A stretch of 41,330 nt of DNA, taken from IMG/VR virus record IMGVR_UViG_3300045988_084973. One strand, written 5' to 3'. The DNA is from a virus. Positions 1 through 7,594 of this stretch are shown piece after piece (position 1 is the stretch's first letter; each line of letters begins with the position of its first letter). The notes below the pieces were generated by a model, which made no database searches, was not told where the DNA came from, and worked only from the letters and a program-made list of their open reading frames with translations. The position numbers and the translations under genes are program-made.

Positions 1-99
1 CATCAACGACGGCGTGACGGTCACGGCGTACAATTCGGTGCTGGTTAAGGTAAAAGAAAAGCCCACCGCCGAAATCCGGGCGCGGTGGGTCATTCAAAG
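1..99. repeat. 99-bp terminal direct repeat, identical to 41232..41330. Interpreted as a circular-contig assembly overlap, not a physical genome end.
   Basis: Base-by-base identity of 1..99 with 41232..41330. The repeat lies inside an open reading frame that continues across the junction. Confidence 0.95.
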
Positions 100-103
100 C
101 TGA
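1..103 (+). CDS. 3' end of the tail fibre/receptor-binding gene that starts at 40339 (wraps through the terminal overlap)
   Basis: The frame of 40339..41330 continues at position 2 and reaches TGA at 101..103. Confidence 0.8.
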   Translation, partial: INDGVTVTAYNSVLVKVKEKPTAEIRARWVIQS

Positions 104-141
104 TGGAGGTTTAGCATGAAACATTGTAAGAAATCTGCGGC

Positions 142-711
142 ATGTGCTGCGCGGGGTGGTTGCTAATGGGTGTAGCACCGAGGATTCCGGGAGGCGGGAC
201 ATCTAAAAAAAGCACTGAACTGACAAATATTATTCCGGCAATGAGCTCTAATTCACAAAACGGTTATAAAGTTAGCATGAAGTCTTTAAGCGGAAATGAT
301 GCTAGCGCTGGAGCCGCCTGGTATATGTTTAACCACAATTATCGCGTTTATAACTGGAATGAAAACGGGTATAACGAAAACGTATGCCATTTTGGTTCTG
401 GAAAAGATGGGCAGATTGACATCGAATTGCCAGAACCGACGGCTGTACATGCTGTTTTTGTTATTGGCCCTAATTATAGCAGTTACGGTGTGAACGGGCC
501 AACAAGTGCTGAACTTTATTTCTCGAATGATGGCACAAATTTTACCAAAGTTGATGATGCAGTGAATATCCGAAAAAATAGTTACGCACAGTTGCCGATG
601 CTTGGCGATAAAATCAATATGTGCCTAAATCCTAGTAAGCATAAATATTATCGCATTGCCGTATACAGAACTGCCGAATATGTTGGCGTAAATGCAATTA
701 TATTGCTCTAA
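142..711 (+). CDS. Small fibre-associated protein with a discoidin/F5-F8-type-C-like (galactose-binding-like) pattern. The start is uncertain (142, 166 or 241).
   Basis: 189-aa ORF. Pattern AAWYMFNHN..W, IDIELPEPTAVHAVFV, AELYFSNDGTNFTKV resembles discoidin-type carbohydrate-binding domains. Visibly AT-richer than its neighbours. Confidence 0.6.
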   Translation: MCCAGWLLMGVAPRIPGGGTSKKSTELTNIIPAMSSNSQNGYKVSMKSLSGNDASAGAAWYMFNHNYRVYNWNENGYNENVCHFGSGKDGQIDIELPEPTAVHAVFVIGPNYSSYGVNGPTSAELYFSNDGTNFTKVDDAVNIRKNSYAQLPMLGDKINMCLNPSKHKYYRIAVYRTAEYVGVNAIILL

Positions 712-756
712 TTTGTACACCAAGAATTCAACAAAAAGGAGCTGAAAGATAAAAAT

Positions 757-1074
757 ATGAAAATCTACGATGAAATCACAAAGGCCGAAATGATAACCCC
801 TGACCTTGACAAGGGTTATCTCTACACCGCCAGGCGGGTTGCCGAGCATGTGCCGGAGAGCCGGGAAGTGATGCAGGGCACTGTCACCGAGGACGATCCC
901 AAAGGCCTTGAGCACATCATCTCCGGCTACGATGTGTACGAGGACTGCCAGTTCTACCACGCTTACACGGCAGAGGAACTGGCCGAGCGGGAAAAACCCA
1001 CGCTGCAGGAACAGGTGGACGCCAACGCGGCGGCCATTTTGGAGCTGGCCCAGATGCTGGCTGGAGGTGAATGA
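757..1074 (+). CDS. Small fibre-module protein in the XkdW-like position; paralogue of 3904..4254
   Basis: 105-aa ORF with an AAAGGAG RBS. C-terminal motif LQEQVDANAAAILELAQMLAGG parallels LNQRMDAVETALADIVDIMTGG in 3904..4254. Confidence 0.6.
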   Translation: MKIYDEITKAEMITPDLDKGYLYTARRVAEHVPESREVMQGTVTEDDPKGLEHIISGYDVYEDCQFYHAYTAEELAEREKPTLQEQVDANAAAILELAQMLAGGE

Positions 1075-1075
1075 T

Positions 1076-1180
1076 ATGGTACAGTTCTATGTCTGCTGCA
1101 TCAAGCGCGGGCTGATTACGCTGGACAAAGTGCCGGAGAAATGGCGTGAGGCCGTAATGGCAGAGATGGAGGGAGCATGA
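1076..1180 (+). CDS. 34-aa XkdX-like small phage protein
   Basis: GGAGGTG RBS then ATG at 1076. MVQFYVCCIKRGLITLDKVPEKWREAVMAEMEGA. ATGA overlap with the next gene. Confidence 0.5.
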   Translation: MVQFYVCCIKRGLITLDKVPEKWREAVMAEMEGA

Positions 1181-3849
1181 CGCATGAAGTAGTGCTGCAG
1201 GGGTACAACGTAAAGCCTGGCTCTCTGCAGCTTGGAACTTTTGACAGCTACGGCATTGAGAAAATCCACGTGACGGCAGATGACAGTTGGGATGGGCTGG
1301 CCATTGTTGTAACTTTTAATCCACCCGAAGGTGACGCGGTAGAAGTGCGCGTGCCTGCAGATGGTACGGTAGATGTACCGCCTGAAGCGACCACTTACGA
1401 AGGCAAGGGCACCATTGTATTTTGCGGTGTTGACAGCGGTGTACAGCGCATTACAAAAACAATGGGCTATGTGGTAATCACTCATGCAAATGTGGGCACT
1501 GACACAGCCTTTACGCCGAGTGAGGATTTGGCCGCGCAGGTATTGAACGCCGCTTTGAGCGCAGAGCGCAGCAGCACAGAAGCAAACACGGCGGCACAGG
1601 GCGCACAGAAGGCAGCAGAAAATGCAGCAAGCGCGGCACAGGCAAGTGCCGAATCCGCTAACAAGGCAGCGGCGGAAGCGGCAGCGGCCAAACCTTACAC
1701 CGAAAGTGCAAAAGCAAGTGCAGAAGCGGCAAGGGATTCGGAAAATCAGGCGCAGCAATCCAGCACGGAAGCAACCGCTGCGAAAAATGCCGCACAAAAT
1801 GCACAGGCTGGTGCAGAAAGCTCCGCATCGGCTGCGGCAAAGTCAGCAAAAGAAGCGGCTGCCAGTGCGGTAAATCTGGACAATGCTGTAAACACGGCAA
1901 CGCAGAAAGCAGCGGCAGCAAGCGCTTCGGCAGCAGCGGCAAAGGCGAGCGAGAATGCAGCAGCCAACAGTGAGGCAGCGGCGAAAACGTATGCCGAGAG
2001 TGCGCGGACGGCCAAAAACAGTGCTGCCGCCAGTGCGGAAACCGCGAACGCGGCGAAAGATTCGGCCAGCGCCAGTGCCAGAGATGCAGCCGCAAGTAAA
2101 ATTGCAGCTGCGGCCAGTGAGAAAAATGCAGCGAACAGCGCCAGCTCTGCGGCGGGCAGCGCCAGCGCCGCCAAAGAAAGCGAAAAGGCGGCCGCCAAGA
2201 GTGCCGAAGAAGCCAAGGCATCTACCCCGGCGTCTACGCTGGACGGCATGTACACGGCCATGCTGGACGGCACCAACACGCAGAAGATCTTTAAACTGTG
2301 GTGGCCGTTTGCCGTAACGCAGAGCGAAAACAAGTACAGCTGCCTGGAACGCTTTGCCGCCATGCTGGACACCGCCTGGGGCGATAAGACCTACACGGTG
2401 CGGAACATCCACGAGAGCGTGAGCGGCGATGCCAGCGGCACCCCGCTGGATGATCTGGCAGACGGCCGCAGCGCTGCGCCCCTGGTGACGGATGCCAGCA
2501 CGGGCGTGGCAGATTGGGCCGAAAACGACCCCATGACCTGGTATGTGCGTGCCAACGCCAAGAGCCTGGCAGACGGCACCATGGAGGTGCTGGCCGTTGA
2601 GACCGAAGCCGCCTTTGATGTGGCCGGCGAGACCGCGCCGGTGTACTGCTTTTCCCCTGCCCTGGCCGTGAAGGAATGGGATGACGGCAGCTACCTTTAC
2701 ACTAGCTGGCACATGCGCGCAGGCGACGGCTATGTGCCGATGGCGGGCGATGTAGCCCCAGACGGCACCCACCGCCTGCTGACCTGGCACCCTGCTTTTT
2801 ACGGCGGTAAAAACAGCGCGGGCGGCATGACAAGCGGCGCTGGCCTGCTGCCCATGTCCTGGACCAGCGCCAACGCGGCGCTACCGCTGGCCCGGAAGCT
2901 GACCGCCTACGATGGGCTGTGGTGCGATTGTGACACCCAGTTTGCCCTGATGGCCTGGCGGCTGCGCCACTGGACGTTAAGCAACAGCGGCCAGCTGGAA
3001 GGATGCACCAACTACAACTACCAGTACACCCTTGCGGCAGCCGAAACCGGCGTGAAGCGTGTGCTGCTGACCAAAGCCCAGGGTACCAACCTGCTGGTGG
3101 GCAGCTGCGTGTGCCTGGGTGAACACGGAAGCAATACGAACAACGACCGAAACCAGGCATACAACCACGATGTGTTCAATGTTGCCAAGATTTTGAGCGT
3201 TGAGACCGTAACCGTGAACGATACCGAGTATGCGGCCGTAAACCTGGACCTGGCAAGCACCATCGACACCACGACCACGATGCTGGTAAGCACCATGCCG
3301 TGGCCGAACGGCACCACCGAAGCACTGCCCGGCCATAGTGACGGCTGCATTGGTAACCTGACCAACGGCAAATACCCGTACCGCATTGCCGGTATGGAAA
3401 TGCAGATCGGCAGCTATTGCGAAGAACTTGACCCGCTGTGGAAGGCCAGCCTGGTGGACGATGACCACTGGCACTATGATGTGTACAGTTGCCGGGACAG
3501 TGAGAAGCTGGCCGGAAGCATCACCGCCAACTACCAGAAGGTGGGTGAATTTGACCTGCCGAACGCGAACAAGTGGAGCTGGAACTTTATCCGCGCATTG
3601 AACAAAATGGCGGCAGAAGCACAAATCCCGACGAAGTTCGGCGGTTCCAGCAGCACCTACGTCAAGGCCGCCTTCCTTTCCCCTGGCGGGGCCGGTGTGT
3701 GTGCGCCCTGGCGCTTCGGCTCCCTCAACGATGGGGGCGCCTGTGGTTTGCCCTGCGCGCATGGTGGCTCTGGCACCGGCACCTCCGGCTGGAACGGCGT
3801 GCCGCGGCTTGCTGGATCGGGCAAAAAGCGGGGTGAATGGCCCGCGTAA
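1177..3849 (+). CDS. Tail fibre protein with a long Ala/Ser/Glu/Asn-rich coiled-coil stalk and a large C-terminal domain
   Basis: 890-aa ORF. About 220 aa of AAxxAxxSA-type low-complexity repeats (about nt 1540..2230). Its position is in the fibre module. Confidence 0.8.
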   Translation: MTHEVVLQGYNVKPGSLQLGTFDSYGIEKIHVTADDSWDGLAIVVTFNPPEGDAVEVRVPADGTVDVPPEATTYEGKGTIVFCGVDSGVQRITKTMGYVVITHANVGTDTAFTPSEDLAAQVLNAALSAERSSTEANTAAQGAQKAAENAASAAQASAESANKAAAEAAAAKPYTESAKASAEAARDSENQAQQSSTEATAAKNAAQNAQAGAESSASAAAKSAKEAAASAVNLDNAVNTATQKAAAASASAAAAKASENAAANSEAAAKTYAESARTAKNSAAASAETANAAKDSASASARDAAASKIAAAASEKNAANSASSAAGSASAAKESEKAAAKSAEEAKASTPASTLDGMYTAMLDGTNTQKIFKLWWPFAVTQSENKYSCLERFAAMLDTAWGDKTYTVRNIHESVSGDASGTPLDDLADGRSAAPLVTDASTGVADWAENDPMTWYVRANAKSLADGTMEVLAVETEAAFDVAGETAPVYCFSPALAVKEWDDGSYLYTSWHMRAGDGYVPMAGDVAPDGTHRLLTWHPAFYGGKNSAGGMTSGAGLLPMSWTSANAALPLARKLTAYDGLWCDCDTQFALMAWRLRHWTLSNSGQLEGCTNYNYQYTLAAAETGVKRVLLTKAQGTNLLVGSCVCLGEHGSNTNNDRNQAYNHDVFNVAKILSVETVTVNDTEYAAVNLDLASTIDTTTTMLVSTMPWPNGTTEALPGHSDGCIGNLTNGKYPYRIAGMEMQIGSYCEELDPLWKASLVDDDHWHYDVYSCRDSEKLAGSITANYQKVGEFDLPNANKWSWNFIRALNKMAAEAQIPTKFGGSSSTYVKAAFLSPGGAGVCAPWRFGSLNDGGACGLPCAHGGSGTGTSGWNGVPRLAGSGKKRGEWPA

Positions 3850-3903
3850 GCAGGGCCAGAGGGGCAGCAGGCCCCTTTTGACGATAAGAGAGGTGAAAGC
3901 AGG

Positions 3904-4254
3904 ATGAAGTACACGGAAACACTGGACCACGCCCCCGCTGCTGTGGAGCTGGAACGGCTGCCTGATGGCACCGCCTGGCTGCGGCTGCACAAGGATGTGG
4001 TGCAGGGAAAGACCGAAGCGCCGGAGGGTGAAGAGGGCGGGCCGTGCTGGACGGCCACCACTGCGGTGGCCCAGCTGGGCACCGACCGCGCGGCCGAAAC
4101 GGTGGAGAGCATCACCGCCAACCTGGACGACTGGTGGACCTATGCCGAAGCATGGGAAGAACAGCCGCCCATGACGCTGAACCAGCGCATGGATGCGGTG
4201 GAAACCGCCCTGGCCGACATTGTGGACATTATGACGGGAGGTGCCGAAGCATGA
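3904..4254 (+). CDS. Small fibre-module protein in the XkdW-like position; paralogue of 757..1074
   Basis: 116-aa ORF with an AGAGGTGAAAGCAGG RBS region and a C-terminal motif shared with 757..1074. Confidence 0.6.
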   Translation: MKYTETLDHAPAAVELERLPDGTAWLRLHKDVVQGKTEAPEGEEGGPCWTATTAVAQLGTDRAAETVESITANLDDWWTYAEAWEEQPPMTLNQRMDAVETALADIVDIMTGGAEA

Positions 4255-4373
4255 GCATTTGGCTGCTTTTGTACCGCATGAAAAAGATCACTGCGGCACA
4301 GATTTGGGAGCGCGTTGACAGCGGCGCAATCAGCGCCGAAGAGGCCGTGAAAATCTGCGGCCCCAGACCGTGA
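4251..4373 (+). CDS. 40-aa XkdX-like small phage protein
   Basis: ATGA overlap with the upstream gene. MSIWLLLYRMKKITAAQIWERVDSGAISAEEAVKICGPRP fits the XkdX-type pattern (..G.IS.EEA..I.G). Confidence 0.6.
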   Translation: MSIWLLLYRMKKITAAQIWERVDSGAISAEEAVKICGPRP

Positions 4374-4499
4374 GCGTAAAGGTCGGCCTGCTGACGCGTG
4401 CGATGCTCGTGCTGTGGGATTATAAAGAGGCCATCCCGGACGCACTGCCCTGCTGAGGGAGTATGAGCGTCTGGTGATGAATAATGATGAGGTGATACC

Positions 4500-5744
4500 T
4501 TGACAGGAATTTTTAAAGGACGATTTCGGGTGCGGTACAACTACGCCCGATTTGGTTACACGCGGGGTGGCGGTAAGACGTGGCACGGCGGCATTGATTT
4601 GGAAGCGCTGGACGATGATACCATTTACATGCCAACCTACAAGGGCAAGAGCATTTCCGGCACGGTGACCCGGGCGCGGATTGTGACCGACAAAAACAAT
4701 GCGACGTGGGAGTGGGGATATTACGTCTGTGTCCAGCTGGACGCAAACCAGACGCCGGATGCCGTCAACTACCTGTATTTCTGCCACTGCGCCAAGCTGT
4801 TGGTCAAGGCTGGGCAGAAAGTCAAAAGCGGCGATGCACTGGCCGTTATGGGCAACACCGGCAATGCCGCGTTGGCAGACCCGCCGTACAAACACTGTCA
4901 CTTCGAGGTGCGTGCCACTGCCACCGGCAAGGGGCTTGACCCGACGGCGTATGCGGGCTGCCCGAATGAAGTGGGAACCTACGGCGACCAGCCTGCGCAG
5001 ACAAGCGGTGAGGAAGTGCTGATTGATGTATCCCACCACCAGGGCGCTATCGACTGGGCGAGTGTTCCCTACCGCGCCATTGTTCGCATCGGGTATCGCG
5101 GTTACGGCAGCGAAAAGCTCATGAAGGATGAGCAGTTCGACGCCAACCTTGCAGGGGCAAAAGCAAGCGGAAAGCTGTTCGGCTTTTACTTCTTCTCGCA
5201 GGCCGTCACGGTGGACGAAGCCCGCGAGGAAGCAGACTTCTGCGCAAGCCTTGCACCGACAGGCTATCCCTTGTTCTTCGACAGCGAATGGGGACACACA
5301 ACCAAGACCGGCGCCCACGATGGCCGCGCAGACAACCTGACGAAAGACCAGCGCACGGCAATCGCAATGGCATTTTGCGAGAAGGCCAAAGCGCACGGAT
5401 TTACGGCAGGCATTTACACATTCACATCGTTTGCAAGCGGGAACATCGACTACGCTTACCTGTGTGAAGATTACATCGGTTGGCTGGCCGATACCCGCAC
5501 AAACTACGACAAAACGCTGCCGCGCTACATCCACCAATACGGGCAGGGCAGCGTCGCAGGCATCACCGGCACGGTCGACCTCAACCATTTTGTTAAGACC
5601 CTGCCTGCAGTGAACAAGCCTGCAAGCAAGCTACAAGTAATTACCATTGGGCCGGTATCGCAGGGAGATGCGGATGCAATCTACTTGCTGTGTAGGGAAC
5701 GCGGCCTGGCGGATGCCGGGCTGTATAAGAGTGAGTGGGCATAA
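4500..5744 (+). CDS. Two-domain endolysin: N-terminal M23 (LytM-type) peptidase plus GH25 muramidase
   Basis: TTG start after GAGGTGA. M23 motifs WHGGID (HxxxD) and HCHFE (HxH). GH25 motif IDVSHHQGAIDW and FFDSEW. Confidence 0.9.
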   Translation: MTGIFKGRFRVRYNYARFGYTRGGGKTWHGGIDLEALDDDTIYMPTYKGKSISGTVTRARIVTDKNNATWEWGYYVCVQLDANQTPDAVNYLYFCHCAKLLVKAGQKVKSGDALAVMGNTGNAALADPPYKHCHFEVRATATGKGLDPTAYAGCPNEVGTYGDQPAQTSGEEVLIDVSHHQGAIDWASVPYRAIVRIGYRGYGSEKLMKDEQFDANLAGAKASGKLFGFYFFSQAVTVDEAREEADFCASLAPTGYPLFFDSEWGHTTKTGAHDGRADNLTKDQRTAIAMAFCEKAKAHGFTAGIYTFTSFASGNIDYAYLCEDYIGWLADTRTNYDKTLPRYIHQYGQGSVAGITGTVDLNHFVKTLPAVNKPASKLQVITIGPVSQGDADAIYLLCRERGLADAGLYKSEWA

Positions 5745-5763
5745 AGCCTGGAAAGACGTAAAA

Positions 5764-6015
5764 ATGACGGATTGGGATATCGTAAAAGACATCGTTGTCC
5801 TTTTGGGGATCATCGTCACCGTGACGGGGCCACTGCTTAAGCTTAACACAAGCATTGTGGAGTTAAAAACGCTGTTGGATAACGTCATCAAGCAGGTGGC
5901 GGACAACGATAAGGGCAACACAGAAAGTCATCGCCGCTTGTGGGCGCACAACACCGAGCAAGACAAAATTTTGACAGACCACGAGCAGCGTTTACACGAC
6001 CTTGAGGATAAGTGA
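5764..6015 (+). CDS. Holin-like or lysis accessory protein (one N-terminal TM segment plus a coiled coil)
   Basis: 83 aa. IVKDIVVLLGIIVTVTGPLL hydrophobic segment followed by a charged helical tail. Lies directly after the endolysin. Confidence 0.5.
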   Translation: MTDWDIVKDIVVLLGIIVTVTGPLLKLNTSIVELKTLLDNVIKQVADNDKGNTESHRRLWAHNTEQDKILTDHEQRLHDLEDK

Positions 6016-6025
6016 GGTAAAATCC

Positions 6026-6220
6026 ATGAACGATTTTTTAAAAAATTTTGCGGCGCTGATTAAGGTGAAAACCATTGTGACGCTTGTGGTGGTTGCGGTT
6101 TTTGCGGTGCTGGCATTGCAGAGCAAATTACAGCCTGACACGGTCATGACCATTGTGACAATGGTCGTGGCTTTTTATTTTGGTACACAGACCGAAAGCA
6201 AGAACAAGAAGGATGAGTAA
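6026..6220 (+). CDS. Holin (two TM segments, charged C-terminus)
   Basis: GAGGTAAAA RBS. 64 aa with TIVTLVVVAVFAVLAL and VMTIVTMVVAFYFG, then a KNKKDE tail. Confidence 0.65.
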   Translation: MNDFLKNFAALIKVKTIVTLVVVAVFAVLALQSKLQPDTVMTIVTMVVAFYFGTQTESKNKKDE

Positions 6221-6222
6221 TC

Positions 6223-6387
6223 ATGCCAAAGTTTGATTTTGTCGGCGGTTTGCTGACCGATGAAGAAACGGACGTTTTGCAGCTTCGGCGGCGCGGCTGG
6301 CGCAATGCTGATATTGCGGCAGAACTGAATTGCAGCGAGCGCACGGTAAAACGGCGCGTACACAGCATCAAAAACAAAATAGGCTGA
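6223..6387 (+). CDS. 54-aa stand-alone LuxR/GerE-type (sigma-70 region-4-like) HTH protein
   Basis: MPKFDFVGGLLTDEETDVLQLRRRGWRNADIAAELNCSERTVKRRVHSIKNKIG matches the LT..E..VL.L...G....IA..L..S..TVK pattern. Confidence 0.6.
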   Translation: MPKFDFVGGLLTDEETDVLQLRRRGWRNADIAAELNCSERTVKRRVHSIKNKIG

Positions 6388-6393
6388 TTTAAA

Positions 6394-6430
6394 GGGCACG
6401 GCTGCTTTTGCGGCCGCGCCCTTTTTTCTT
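6394..6430 (+). terminator. Rho-independent terminator
   Basis: GGGCACGGC / GCCGCGCCC stem (one mismatch) followed by TTTTTT. Confidence 0.7.
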
Positions 6431-6442
6431 TTGTCCCAAAGA

Positions 6443-6490
6443 CGGCACAATGTTGGCACTTTACTGGCCTACGTTGTGCCGTTTTTTTTT
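6443..6490 (+). terminator. Second tandem rho-independent terminator
   Basis: CGGCACAA / TTGTGCCG stem followed by a run of nine T. Confidence 0.65.
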
Positions 6491-6519
6491 GTACAATTAA
6501 GGAAAAAGGAGCGGTGCAG

Positions 6520-6897
6520 ATGGCATATAGGCAAATCAACCTAAACCCAGAGCAAAAGCGCGTTGGCGATTGCACCGTCAGAGCCATTGCGGCCGCCACG
6601 CATCAAGAGTGGGCGGCTGTATATGCGGCGCTTGTGTTGGCAGGATTTGAACTACATGATATGCCGTCTGCAAACTATGTTTGGGGCAGCTATCTGCGCC
6701 GATGCGGGTGGAAGCGCTACACGTTGCCAAACAGCTGCCCGGATTGTTACACAGTGGCGCAGTTTGCAAAAGACCACCCGGACGGAACATACATTTTGGC
6801 AATGGCTACGCATGTTGTGTGCGTGCAGAATGGGGATTGGCTAGATACATGGGACAGCGGAGATGAAGTGCCGCTGTACTACTGGCAGAAAGGATGA
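6520..6897 (+). CDS. Hypothetical protein with an ordered Cys..His..Asp pattern (possible papain-fold)
   Basis: AAGGAAAAAGGAG RBS. GDCTVRA ... ATHVVCV ... DTWDSGD. First gene of the accessory cassette. Confidence 0.6.
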   Translation: MAYRQINLNPEQKRVGDCTVRAIAAATHQEWAAVYAALVLAGFELHDMPSANYVWGSYLRRCGWKRYTLPNSCPDCYTVAQFAKDHPDGTYILAMATHVVCVQNGDWLDTWDSGDEVPLYYWQKG

Positions 6898-6903
6898 TTG
6901 ACA

Positions 6904-7335
6904 ATGGCGTTTGGCGTACCGTATCAGCCCGGATTTGCGCCGGGATATTACCCGATGGGGCAGCCGTCCGCAATGCCAGACCAGCTGGCGCAGCTGCGGC
7001 AGAACTACCAGCAACCGCAGCAGTCCGCGCCTATCATCTGGGTGCAGGGTGAAGAGGGCGCGAAGGCCTACATGGTGGCGGCTGGAAACAGTGTGCTACT
7101 GATGGACAGCGAAAACAGTGTGTTCTACATCAAGTCTACTGATGCAAGCGGGATGCCGCAACCACTGCGAGTATTTGACTACACAGAGCGCGGCAAACAG
7201 GCCCCGCAGAAGCCCGAAACAGTAGACGATAAGTTTGTCACGCGAGCAGAGTTTGACGCTCTACGTGCCCGCTTTGACGCGCTGACGGCAGATAAGCCGG
7301 GAAAGGGTGATAACAATGCCAAATCCACTGTTTAA
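6904..7335 (+). CDS. Hypothetical protein (accessory cassette)
   Basis: 143-aa ORF. Pro/Gln-rich N-terminus, IIWVQGEEGAKAYMV core, helical C-terminus. Confidence 0.6.
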   Translation: MAFGVPYQPGFAPGYYPMGQPSAMPDQLAQLRQNYQQPQQSAPIIWVQGEEGAKAYMVAAGNSVLLMDSENSVFYIKSTDASGMPQPLRVFDYTERGKQAPQKPETVDDKFVTRAEFDALRARFDALTADKPGKGDNNAKSTV

Positions 7336-7534
7336 TGCTCTGGGCGGCGGTAAGCTGCCCGGCCCGATGGGGCAGTTTCAGCAGATGATGCAGCAGTTTC
7401 AGCAATTTCGGCAAAATTTTCAGGGCGACCCAAAACAAGAGGTGCAGAAACTGCTACAGTCCGGGAAGATGAGCCAGCAGCAGCTTAACCAGTTGCAGAC
7501 GATGGCGCAGCAGTTTCAAGGATTTCTGAAATAG
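7316..7534 (+). CDS. Gln-rich small protein (accessory cassette)
   Basis: 72 aa, MPNPLFNALGGG..QFQQMMQQFQQFRQNFQ. Overlaps the end of the upstream gene. Confidence 0.5.
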   Translation: MPNPLFNALGGGKLPGPMGQFQQMMQQFQQFRQNFQGDPKQEVQKLLQSGKMSQQQLNQLQTMAQQFQGFLK

Positions 7535-7594
7535 GTTTGACCGTGCGCACGGTGAACATACATTAACTTTGATATTTTTTGAAAGGAGAATAAC

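Noticed and set aside
1087-3990. Many long minus-strand ORFs (for example 1843..2790, 2977..3990, 1746..2372) and alternative plus-frame ORFs across the fibre 2 gene
   Set aside because: Their products are Arg/Cys/Ala/Gly-rich low-complexity strings. They overlap each other and the well-supported 890-aa plus-strand ORF. They are typical shadow ORFs of GC-rich, GCN-repeat DNA.
4140-5588. 482-aa minus-strand ORF
   Set aside because: It lies antisense to the endolysin, which has clear M23 and GH25 catalytic motifs. It is a shadow ORF.
6468-6497. Promoter for the accessory cassette (TACAAT at 6492..6497)
   Set aside because: There is no acceptable -35 at 16 to 18 nt (TTGTGC is only 12 nt away), and the TG is not correctly spaced for an extended -10. 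The cassette promoter therefore remains unidentified.
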